A stretch of DNA of 64,000 bases, taken from the NCBI GenBank assembly GCA_002320595.1, contig DCKB01000059.1, positions 687-64,686 on the forward strand, written 5' to 3'. Position numbers and translations under genes: made by a program. The DNA comes from Christensenella sp. UBA1685 (GTDB taxonomy: Bacteria > Bacillota > Clostridia > Christensenellales > CAG-138). This document shows, piece by piece, positions 18,945 to 27,600 of the stretch (the stretch's first letter is position 1; each line of letters opens with the position of its first letter). The notes beneath the pieces were generated by a model. That model saw only the letters and a list, made by a program, of their open reading frames with translations, made no database searches and was not told the origin of the DNA.

Positions 18945-19487
18945 TCATATCTCTTCCTGCGCCACCTTGCGCGCAATGCCTGTGACGACCTCCTTCAGGC
19001 GTGCGACATATTCCTGCGCGGGCATGGGTTCCGGGCTTCGCAGCCAGCGGATGATGGAAACAAGAAATGCATCGGTGAAAAAGTCGGTAAAAAAGGAATT
19101 CTCCCGCTTCCCCGGAAAGAGCGCGCTGAAATACCCGGAGGCAAGCGGACGCAAAAATTCGCTGAAATATTCAGCAAAGGAGTTCTGCCCGCGCATTGCG
19201 AACGCGTTTACGTAAAACGCGCGGTTCGCGTAAAAATACGAACAGAGCGCATCAAAAAATTCCCAGCTGGAGGAAAAGGACCTTTCCCGGTTGGGCTCAA
19301 CAAACTCCGCTTCAAAGATCCAGCCGACCAGATCGTATTTATCGCGGAAATGATAATAAAAGCTTTTGCGGCTCATGCCGCAGGCAGTACAGATATCGCT
19401 TACACTGATGCGCTCAAACGGTTGTTCCGTCATCAGCCGCTGCATGGCGGATGCAAGCGCAAGCTTGGTGATGTGTGAACCCGCCAT
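18945..19487 (-). CDS. TetR/AcrR family transcriptional regulator
   Basis: Start at MAGSHITK. HTH region FERISVSDICTACGMSRKSFYYHFRDKYDL. Confidence 0.87.
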   Translation of the reverse strand: MAGSHITKLALASAMQRLMTEQPFERISVSDICTACGMSRKSFYYHFRDKYDLVGWIFEAEFVEPNRERSFSSSWEFFDALCSYFYANRAFYVNAFAMRGQNSFAEYFSEFLRPLASGYFSALFPGKRENSFFTDFFTDAFLVSIIRWLRSPEPMPAQEYVARLKEVVTGIARKVAQEEI

Positions 19488-19574
19488 CCCGAGACCCCCC
19501 TTCCCTGATACTTTTATTGTAACCGCCGCGCAGGGGGGCATTCAAGTGGGGCGATGCGATAAAACTGTGAAATT

Positions 19575-19602
19575 TTTGGACAACACATGAATTTTGTCCA
19601 AA
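19575..19602. promoter_or_regulatory. candidate TetR operator
   Basis: Perfect inverted repeat TTTGGACAA-N10-TTGTCCAAA in the divergent intergenic region between the TetR gene and 19682. Confidence 0.45.
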
Positions 19603-19681
19603 CGGCAGCGTTGGCACAGCGGATGATGTACGGTAAAATAAACGCAAACCGACGATATGGAAACGATGAGGAGGGCGTGCG

Positions 19682-20476
19682 ATGCAGGCCGCGTATCCGT
19701 ATATTTGGTATTTTTTTATTTATGCGTTTCTCGGCTGGTGTGCGGAGGTAATCTTTGCCGCGGCACGCAAGGGCGTGTTTGTGAACCGGGGCTTCCTGAA
19801 CGGGCCGCTCTGCCCGATTTATGGCGTTGGGCTTGTGGCGGTGGTGGCGCTGCTTACGCCGGCGCGGGATTCGCTTGGGCTTTTGTATCTTGGCGCGGTG
19901 CTCCTCACCTCGGCGATTGAACTTGTGACCGGGTTCCTGATGGAAAAGCTGTTTCACCAGCGCTGGTGGGATTATTCCCAAATGCCCTTTAACATCGGCG
20001 GCTATGTGTGCCTGCTGTTTTCATTGATCTGGGGCCTTGCGTGCCTGCTGATTGTGGATGTGGTGCATCCGCTTGTTGCGGGGCTTGTGGCGCGCATCCC
20101 GCAAAAGCTTGGCTGGCCGCTGCTCGCTGCGTTTTTGGTCATTATGGCGGCAGATTATGCGGTAACCATCGCCTGTGTGCTCAAGCTGAACCGCCGCCTG
20201 AGCGGCCTGGACGATGCGGCCAAGCGCCTGCGCACGGTTTCCGACAGCTTGGGAGAAGGGCTTGCAGATGGCGCCATCGCCCTTCGGAAAAGGAACGAAG
20301 CGCTGCGCACCGTGCTGCGCGAGCGGCAGGAAAAGGGAAACTTTGTGGAGCGCCGCCTGATCCACGCATTCCCGCAGATGCGTTCCCTGAAAAACGGGGA
20401 GGCGCTGGAGGCGTTTAAAGAGCATATCCGCCAGCTTAAAGAGCAGAATAAGAAGGAGAAAAAGGAGCAAAAATAG
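19682..20476 (+). CDS. multi-pass membrane protein ('putative ABC-transporter type IV' family) with C-terminal coiled-coil tail
   Basis: 264 aa. N-terminal YIWYFFIYAFLGWCAEVIF...GFLNGPLCPIYG is typical of that family. Lys/Glu-rich C-terminus. Confidence 0.7.
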   Translation: MQAAYPYIWYFFIYAFLGWCAEVIFAAARKGVFVNRGFLNGPLCPIYGVGLVAVVALLTPARDSLGLLYLGAVLLTSAIELVTGFLMEKLFHQRWWDYSQMPFNIGGYVCLLFSLIWGLACLLIVDVVHPLVAGLVARIPQKLGWPLLAAFLVIMAADYAVTIACVLKLNRRLSGLDDAAKRLRTVSDSLGEGLADGAIALRKRNEALRTVLRERQEKGNFVERRLIHAFPQMRSLKNGEALEAFKEHIRQLKEQNKKEKKEQK

Positions 20477-20544
20477 CGTTATTGCGCAGGGGGCAAGAAA
20501 AAGCTCCTTTTCCGCGTCATCGCAACCGGAACAAAATCGTCCGC

Positions 20545-20578
20545 ATCCCCGTGCGCAAAAAGCACGGGGATATTTTTT
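20545..20578 (+). terminator. intrinsic terminator
   Basis: ATCCCCGTGC-GCAAAAA-GCACGGGGAT followed by TTTTTT. Confidence 0.72.
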
Positions 20579-20760
20579 GCTGCGGCGCATGGCCTCCACG
20601 GTGGAACAAACCTCCCGGCAGCGCCGCAAGCCAGGCAAGACCCGCAGGCGCAATCGAAGCTGTTTTACCAACCCCATGAGCGTTCCCCCGCCATCAACTG
20701 TATAACATGGCACACAGCGCATCGGGGTGCTTACCGCAAGAATTTACAAAAAAAGCAGGC

Positions 20761-20801
20761 TTGACATTTTGAGCATACTGTATATACTGTTCATATACAG
20801 T
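20761..20801 (+). promoter_or_regulatory. promoter plus palindromic operator of the GntR-ABC operon
   Basis: TTGACA (20761-20766), 16 nt, TATACT (20783-20788). Perfect inverted repeat ACTGTATAT-N7-ATATACAGT (20777-20801) overlaps the -10. Confidence 0.55.
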
Positions 20802-20819
20802 AAAACAAAGGAGAATCCG

Positions 20820-21194
20820 GTGCAGCTTTCGATTGACAACAGAAGCGACCAGCCGATTTATGAGCAAATCGCGGCGCAGATCAAGGCCCAGATCATCAGC
20901 GGCGCGCTGACGGAGGATACGCTCCTGCCCTCCATCCGCAGCCTGGCGAAGGATTTGCGCATCAGCGTAATCACCACAAAGCGCGCTTACGAGGAATTGG
21001 AGCGGCAGGGCTTTATTTACACCGTCGCGGCCAAGGGATCGTTTGTGGCGCAGCGCAATATGGAGCTTTTGCGGGAGGAAAACCTGAAGAAGATCGAAGC
21101 GCATCTCAAAGAAGCGCTTGCGCTTGCGGCATCCTGCCGGCTTACGCTGGATGCGCTTTGCGAGATGCTGCGCGTGCTGGATGAGGAGGGATAA
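20820..21194 (+). CDS. GntR family (YtrA-subfamily-like) transcriptional regulator
   Basis: GTG start after AAGGAG. SDQPIYEQIAAQIKAQIISGAL...LPSIRSLAKDLRISVITTKRAYEELE winged-HTH; short C-terminus. Confidence 0.85.
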   Translation: MQLSIDNRSDQPIYEQIAAQIKAQIISGALTEDTLLPSIRSLAKDLRISVITTKRAYEELERQGFIYTVAAKGSFVAQRNMELLREENLKKIEAHLKEALALAASCRLTLDALCEMLRVLDEEG

Positions 21195-21199
21195 CGCAA

Positions 21200-22042
21200 A
21201 TGAACGCATTGGAAATGAGCGGCGTTGGAAAACGCTATAAGGGGTTTGCGCTCGAGAATGTGAACCTTGCTTTGCCGGAGGGCTGCATTCTGGGTTTGAT
21301 CGGCGAAAACGGCGCGGGGAAAACCACGCTCATCAAGCTGCTGCTTGGCATGGCGCAGGGCAAGGGCGAGATCCGCGTGCTGGGCCGGAACATCCGGCGG
21401 GAAGGCGCGGCGATCCGCCAGGAAACGGGCGTGGTGCTGGATGAAGCCTGCTTCCCGGAGGGCCTCGACGCATTGCAGGTGAACAGGGTGTTGCGGGATA
21501 CCTATACGCATTGGCGGGAGGATGAATTCTTCCGTCTCCTCAAACGGCTTTCCCTGCCCGAACGCAAGCCGTTTAAGGAATTTTCGCGCGGCATGAAGAT
21601 GAAGCTCGCCATCGCGGCGGCGCTTTCGCACGAGGCGAAGCTTCTCATCCTCGATGAGCCGACGGGCGGCCTGGACCCTATCGTGCGGGATGAGATTCTC
21701 GATCTGTTTTATGATTTTACGCGGGATGCGGGCCATTCCATCCTCATTTCCTCCCACATTGTGACGGACCTTGAGAAGCTGTGCGATTATGTGGCTTTCC
21801 TGCATCAGGGGAGGCTGTTGTTCCTGGAAGAGAAGGATGCGCTGCTTGAACGCTATGGCGTGGTGCGCTGTTCCAAGGCGGAATGCGCCGCATTTGCACC
21901 CGGCACGGTGCGCGGCATGCGTGAAGGCGCATACGGCGTGGAGGCGCTTTGCGAACGCGCGCTGCTGCCCCGGGGTGTCGCGTGTACGCGGCCTTCGGTT
22001 GAAGATGTGATCGTGCTCACCGCAAAGGAGGGCCTAAAATGA
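21200..22042 (+). CDS. ABC transporter ATP-binding protein
   Basis: Walker A GENGAGKTT, signature FSRGMKMKLAIA, Walker B LLILDEP. Confidence 0.92.
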   Translation: MNALEMSGVGKRYKGFALENVNLALPEGCILGLIGENGAGKTTLIKLLLGMAQGKGEIRVLGRNIRREGAAIRQETGVVLDEACFPEGLDALQVNRVLRDTYTHWREDEFFRLLKRLSLPERKPFKEFSRGMKMKLAIAAALSHEAKLLILDEPTGGLDPIVRDEILDLFYDFTRDAGHSILISSHIVTDLEKLCDYVAFLHQGRLLFLEEKDALLERYGVVRCSKAECAAFAPGTVRGMREGAYGVEALCERALLPRGVACTRPSVEDVIVLTAKEGLK

Positions 22043-22671
22043 AAGGATTGCTTCGCAAGGACGTTTATGTGCTTTTTCAGGCGAGTCGCGCGCAGCTTCT
22101 CATCGTGCTGCTGTTTCTCGTCATCTCCATGACAATGAACAACACGCTTATCGCCTATATGCTGGCACTTTACACAGCGATGATGCCGATTACCGTGATT
22201 GCGCTTGACGAGCGGAGCCGCTTTGACCGCTTTGCCCTCGCCCTGCCATGGTCGCGCGCGCAGATTGTGCTGAGCAAATATGCGCTGAGCCTTGCCGCGG
22301 CCTGCCTTGCCGCGCTTGCATACCTTGCCGGCGTGCTGACGCTCGGCTCCGCCATAAGCGGCGGAGTCAGCCTGCAGGATGCGCTTACGACATTCTGCGC
22401 AATGCTCACCGTCGGCACGCTCCTGCCTGCGCTGATGCTCCCCTTTGTGTTCCGCTTCGGCGTGGATAAGGGCCGGATGTGGATTATGCTCATCGCAATT
22501 GCTTTCGGCATTGGAGCAGGCCTTCTTTCCATGGATGAGGGCAGCGCGGTTTCCCAACTGGCGAACCGCCTGACGGCGCTTCCACTCTGGCTGCTGCCGC
22601 TTGCGGGGCTCACCGTTTTTGCGCTTTCCGCATTCGTTTCGGTGCAGATCTACCGCCGGCGGGAGCTGTAA
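22039..22671 (+). CDS. ABC-2 type transporter permease
   Basis: 210 aa with six hydrophobic segments. ATG overlaps the ATPase stop (ATGA). Confidence 0.72.
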   Translation: MKGLLRKDVYVLFQASRAQLLIVLLFLVISMTMNNTLIAYMLALYTAMMPITVIALDERSRFDRFALALPWSRAQIVLSKYALSLAAACLAALAYLAGVLTLGSAISGGVSLQDALTTFCAMLTVGTLLPALMLPFVFRFGVDKGRMWIMLIAIAFGIGAGLLSMDEGSAVSQLANRLTALPLWLLPLAGLTVFALSAFVSVQIYRRREL

Positions 22672-22695
22672 GCGGTTCGGCCGGCATCAAAACAC

Positions 22696-22730
22696 AAGGC
22701 CCGGCGCATAGGGCAGTGTTCGTAAAACAG
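22696..22730 (+). repeat. left arm of ~35-bp imperfect inverted repeat bounding the AT-rich cassette
   Basis: AAGGCCCGGCGCATAGGGCAGTGTTCGTAAAACAG matches the reverse complement of 24336-24370 (AAGGCCCGGCACATAGGGCGTGATTTGTAAAACAG). Confidence 0.75.
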
Positions 22731-22825
22731 TAATAAAAGTAGCGGAATTACTCATCGCAACAGCAAGTGAACAGGATGCGCCAACCGTTGACAGCCGCCG
22801 CCCGTCCTGCTTTTGTGGTAATCAA

Positions 22826-22856
22826 GGGAGCGACAGACTAAAGTGCTGTCGCTCCC
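22826..22856. repeat. 11-bp-stem hairpin
   Basis: GGGAGCGACAG-N9-CTGTCGCTCCC. Confidence 0.6.
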
Positions 22857-22896
22857 GCCCATTATGAGGAAAAACGGTTGAATTGTTCACATCCTT

Positions 22897-23193
22897 ATGC
22901 TATATTTTTTAATATATAGAGAACGGAAAATTAGAAGTTTTAGGAGAGAAAATGTGGTATTGTCTATCTTTTTAATAGGTTTTTTGTTAAGTGGAGCTTG
23001 CTATGGGGGCAATCTTTTTCTACAGAGTTTCTGCATTAAGAAAAAACTATACTGGCTACAGAGGATGAGTATGGTGATTATATCCATCATTCCAACTATA
23101 ATCAAATCATTGGTATTTGTTTTTCCTCTCACCCATTTCATTTTATTTCGATTTTTAATTGGAAATTGTGGTTATTTGCAATTGCAACCGTAA
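22897..23193 (+). CDS. hypothetical membrane protein fragment (possible 5' part of a frameshifted gene)
   Basis: AT-rich ORF with hydrophobic segments. An internal GTG after TAGGAGAG is an alternative start. Overlaps the next ORF in another frame. Confidence 0.3.
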   Translation: MLYFLIYRERKIRSFRRENVVLSIFLIGFLLSGACYGGNLFLQSFCIKKKLYWLQRMSMVIISIIPTIIKSLVFVFPLTHFILFRFLIGNCGYLQLQP

Positions 23194-23573
23194 TAGTAAC
23201 GAGCCTTATCATTATGTTGAAACATGAACCACATGAGGACGTACCTTTAGCACCTTTATGCATAGAAGCTGCATGTATGGAAATACCTCAAAGAGTGATG
23301 ATGCAGACCTTTGTTTGTGGTATTTTATCAATGCAGAAACTGAACACTTTATGGAGTATTTTTATAACGGCATTGATTTGGTGTGCGGGCATCCTGGTTC
23401 AAGCATTTGTTTCAAAACAAATGAATTTCAAACATTTATTTTTAGAAGTGGTTGCTTCCTTTGTTTTCTCAATGGGCATAGGATATGTATTTTATTCTTC
23501 AGAATGTTTAGTTATTCCGATGCTGGCACATGCTGCTGAAAGATTTGTTACGAGGAAGTGTCTGACAAAATAA
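23166..23573 (+). CDS. hypothetical multi-pass membrane protein (faint CPBP/Abi-like E-x3-R ... H-x3-E pattern)
   Basis: 135 aa with 3-4 hydrophobic helices. MEIPQR and HAAER could be degenerate CPBP motifs; I cannot verify this. Confidence 0.4.
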   Translation: MWLFAIATVIVTSLIIMLKHEPHEDVPLAPLCIEAACMEIPQRVMMQTFVCGILSMQKLNTLWSIFITALIWCAGILVQAFVSKQMNFKHLFLEVVASFVFSMGIGYVFYSSECLVIPMLAHAAERFVTRKCLTK

Positions 23574-23898
23574 CGAATTTGCAACATGTTCGTACACCGT
23601 GATGAGCAAGAAATTTTAATTTACCAAGAGACGATTTGAATAAGAGTAGGAACAAAAACAAGAAATTGCATAAATTCCAATCTGTAGAGCTACGTAAATT
23701 TTCAGTTTGTCGGAGCAACAAATTCCAAGTTGTCAAGTTAATGCCCTATTGAAAAAATGAATACCCCCCGCCCATCACAGCGGCATACAAGCAGTAAGTC
23801 TGAAAAGATTTTCTGCTTTTTTTGCGCTCATTTTTGGCAGACCGCACATTCCTGTTGTTTAGAAATTGATGGGGAAGTTTGCCCAAAGAGGGCTTGCG

Positions 23899-23973
23899 TA
23901 CCGTAGTAGTAATGAAAAGAACACCGCATATAATTAGAAGAACGGCATGGGGCTACCGTAGTAGTGATGAAAA
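23899..23973 (+). repeat. 20-bp direct repeat pair (TACCGTAGTAGTRATGAAAA)
   Basis: Copies at 23899-23918 and 23954-23973, 19 of 20 identical, each ending in ATGAAAA. Confidence 0.7.
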
Positions 23974-24335
23974 AAATCAAAAGAAGCGTTTGGCATTTTT
24001 CGGTTTCTTTCGTGGAGGGGGACAAACAGCGGGCAGAACACGCCGCCACTATCGCTATATTGATGAAACCAGCCATACCGTCCCCTTTGCGAATTGCAGT
24101 AAGGGCATAGAAAAAATCCGTTGGATTTTCCGCCTATTTGCCCCGCTGCGGTTTTGTAGGTATTGAGAGCAGCCTCACAGAGGAAAGCGGCAGTTTTTCA
24201 GAGCAAGATTCTACCACGGTGCCAAAATCCGCATATCTGCGGTTTTGCCCCTTTGGTAAATCTTGTTGGGGAGTGCCTTCCCCAAGCCCTGCCATATGAA
24301 AAGGCCGTGTATCGTTCCTGATACACGGCCTATAA

Positions 24336-24370
24336 CTGTTTTACAAATCACGCCCTATGTGCCGGGCCTT
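24336..24370 (-). repeat. right arm of the inverted repeat bounding the AT-rich cassette
   Basis: See 22696-22730. Confidence 0.75.
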
Positions 24371-24378
24371 CCAGCGTG

Positions 24379-24409
24379 TCGAAAAAGTGGCGAAAGGCCA
24401 CTTTTTCGA
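24379..24409. repeat. hairpin family H copy 1 (TCGAAAAAGTGGC-N5-GCCACTTTTTCGA)
   Basis: 13-bp perfect arms. Identical arms at 30691-30721 and a co-varying copy at 42578-42606. Confidence 0.85.
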
Positions 24410-24614
24410 GTTTAATGCAGCTTTTGCCTCTCGCTGCGCTCCCGGCGGCAAAAGCTGCAAGGTGCGAAACCCTAAGGGGTTTCAATCGTTCCGCCGTACG
24501 TGCCGCCGCCGGATTGAACGTCAGGGGTTGCGCCCCCTGACAACCCCAATATACGGCAATTCCGCCGCCAGTCCTTTTCCGGGATTGGCGGCGTTAATGG
24601 TTTTACAGGATGCT

Positions 24615-27600
24615 TTACAGCTCCACAACGCCTTCAAACACGAGGTCTATCTCGCCGCGCATACGAAGCGAGCCGTCCGAGGAATAGCGCACGGAAAGCA
24701 CGCCGCCCGGCACTTTCACGGCGATGTCCGTATCTGTCGCGCAGAGGCCGTTTTCCACCGCTGCCGCCACGGCTGCGCACGCACCGGTGCCGCAGGCCCA
24801 GGTTTCGCCGCTGCCGCGCTCCCACACGCGCATGCGCAGAGTGGTTTCATCTAACACGCGCACAAACTCCGCGTTCACGCGCTCCGGGAAAATGGGCGCA
24901 TGCTCGAGCAGCGGTCCTTCCGAGGCCACATCCAGCGTATCCACATCTTCCACAAAAGCCACGGCATGCGGATTGCCGACATTTACGCACGTGATGCGGT
25001 ACCCCCGGCCTACATCCACCGCGTAATCCAGCACGCGGGGCACGGGCAGTTCCACGGGCACCGCTACGGATTCAAACCGCGCCCGGCCCATTGCTACCTC
25101 TGCCGCCCGCACAATGCCGTTGCGCTTGTATAGCCGCACCGCGCGCACGCCGCCCGCAGTTTCCACCGAAACCGAAAGGCGTTCCGGCGGGATGATGCCC
25201 CGGTCGTAGGCATACTTGGCAAGGCAGCCGATGGCGTTGCCGCCCATTGTGGCTACTGTGCCATCCAGGTTATATACGACCATGCGGAAATCCGCCCTGT
25301 CCGAAGGGTAAAGCAGGCACACGCCTTCCGCGCCGATGCCGAAGTGGCGTTCGCTCAGGCGCACGGCAAGGCCGGCGGGGTTGTCGATACGCTGCCGGCG
25401 GCAGTCGAAGCAAAGGTAATCGTTCCCGCTTGCCTGCATTTTGGAAAAACGGAGCCGTTCGCGGTGCCTGCGGCGGTGGTTTAAATCCACAAGCTCCGTG
25501 TTGAGCTGGCTGTAACGGCTTTCCATGCTATCCGCAAGGGCGTTCGCGGTATCGATGGAGGTGAGGCATGGGATGCTTTTTTCCACTGCCTTGCGGCGGA
25601 TGCGCACGCTGTCCCGCGTGGGGATGCGGCCCTTGGAGGAGGTGGAAACGACATAGGCGATCTTTCCTTCGTCCATCAGCCGGAGGATGGCATCATCCCC
25701 GGTGGAAAGTTTTTGCACTTCCGTAACCGGAAGGCCTGCGCTGCGGAGCGCCCGCGCGTTGCCGGGCGTTGCATACAGCGTGCAGCCAAGGTGCAAAAAC
25801 CGCTTTGCGGTGTCGTAAATTTCCCTGCGGTCCGTGCGTTTGACGCTGAACAGCACACCGCCGCGGCGATCCATTTGGTATCCTGCCGCCACAAGGCCCT
25901 TGTAGAGCGCCTCGGAGAGCGTGCCTGCAACGCCGAGCACCTCGCCGGTGGATTTCATCTCCGGCCCAAGGAGCGTATCCACATCCGCAAGCTTTTCAAA
26001 GGAAAACACCGGCACCTTCACCGCCACATAGGGCGGGATGGGGTAAAGCCCCGTGCCGAACCCCATCGCAGGCAGCGTTTCGCCAAGCATTGCGCGCGTT
26101 GCAAGCTCCACCATCGGCACGCCGGTGACCTTGCTGATATACGGGATCGTGCGCGAGGATCGGGGATTAACTTCAATGACATACAGCTCCCCGCCATAGA
26201 TCAGGTATTGGATGTTCACAAGCCCCTGCACCTTGAGCGAGAGCGCAAGGCGCGTGGAGCAATCCACAATGCGTTCCAGCATCTCATCGTCCACATTCCA
26301 GGCCGGATATACGGCGATGGAATCGCCTGAATGGATGCCCGCCCGCTCAATGTGCTCCATCACGCCCGGGATGAGGACATGCGTGCCGTCGGAAATCGCA
26401 TCCACTTCAAGCTCCGTGCCCATCAGGTACTGGTCGATGAGGATCGGGTTTTCAATGCCTTGGGCGAGGATGATCGCCATATATTCGCGCACATCTTCCG
26501 GCTGGAAGGCGATGATCATGTTCTGCCCGCCAAGCACATAGGACGGGCGCAGCAGCACCGGGTAGCCGAGCTCCGCCGCCGCAGCGAGCGCTTCATCCGT
26601 GGTCATGACGGTACGGCCGAGCGGGCGCTTGATGTCAAGCTCGGTCAAAAGCGCATCGAAGCGCTCCCGGTCCTCCGCCATGTCGATGCTGTCCGCCGGT
26701 GTGCCGAGGATGCGCACGCCCTGTTCGGAAAGGAAGTTCGTAAGCTTGATGGCCGTCTGCCCGCCGAAGGCCACGACTACGCCGTAAGGCTTTTCCGTGG
26801 CGATCACGCCCATCACATCCTCCGGCGTGAGCGGCTCGAAATACAGCCGGTCTGCGGTGTCGAAATCCGTGGAAACGGTTTCCGGGTTGTTGTTGACGAT
26901 CACGACCTCGTAGCCGCGCTTGCGGAGCGCCCACACGCAGTGGACGGAGGCGTAATCAAACTCGATGCCCTGGCCGATGCGGATCGGGCCGGAGCCGAAC
27001 ACGAGCACGGTCTTGCGTTGGCCGCGCCTGCGGGCGAGGAATTCCGCAGCCTCGTTTTCCTCCGCGTAGGCGGCGTAGAAATACGGCGTTTCCGCGCGGA
27101 ATTCCGCCGCACAGGTATCGACCATCTTGTAAACCGGCAGGAGCGGGGTTTTGATTTCCTGCCCGGAGATGCTTTGGATGACCTTGTCCGGGTAGCCCAT
27201 GCGCTTCGCTTCCCGGTACAGCGCATCGGTGAGCGGTTCGGCGAAAAGGCGCGCTTCCAGCCGCACGAGGTTTGTGAGCTTATAAAGGAACCATTCGTCG
27301 ATCTTCGTGACGGCGTGGATTTCGTCCGCGGAGATGCCGGCCTTGCATGCCGCAAACACGGTGAACAGGCGCCGGTCGTCGCAAACGCGGAGCTTTTCCA
27401 TGAGTTCAGCGCGGGAAAGGCCCTCAAGCGCCGGGGTATTGAGGCTCATGTGGCCGATTTCCGCACCGCGCACAGCCTTCATGAGCGCTTCTTCAAACGT
27501 TGCGCCGATGGCCATCACCTCGCCGGTGGCCTTCATCTGCGTGCCGAGCGTGCGCTTGGCGTAAACGAACTTGTCAAACGGCCATTTGGGGAGCTTGACC

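Noticed and set aside
20727-20819. Upstream ATG start for the GntR regulator (track ORF begins at 20727).
   Set aside because: That start would place the promoter and operator palindrome inside the coding region. The GTG at 20820 follows an AAGGAG RBS and gives the normal N-terminus for the winged-HTH domain.
24357-24854. 165-aa plus-strand ORF spanning the hairpin cluster and the 3' end of the carB fusion.
   Set aside because: It starts inside the right inverted repeat, runs through palindromic repeats, and then lies antisense to the DapF-like domain. It has no RBS or family signal.
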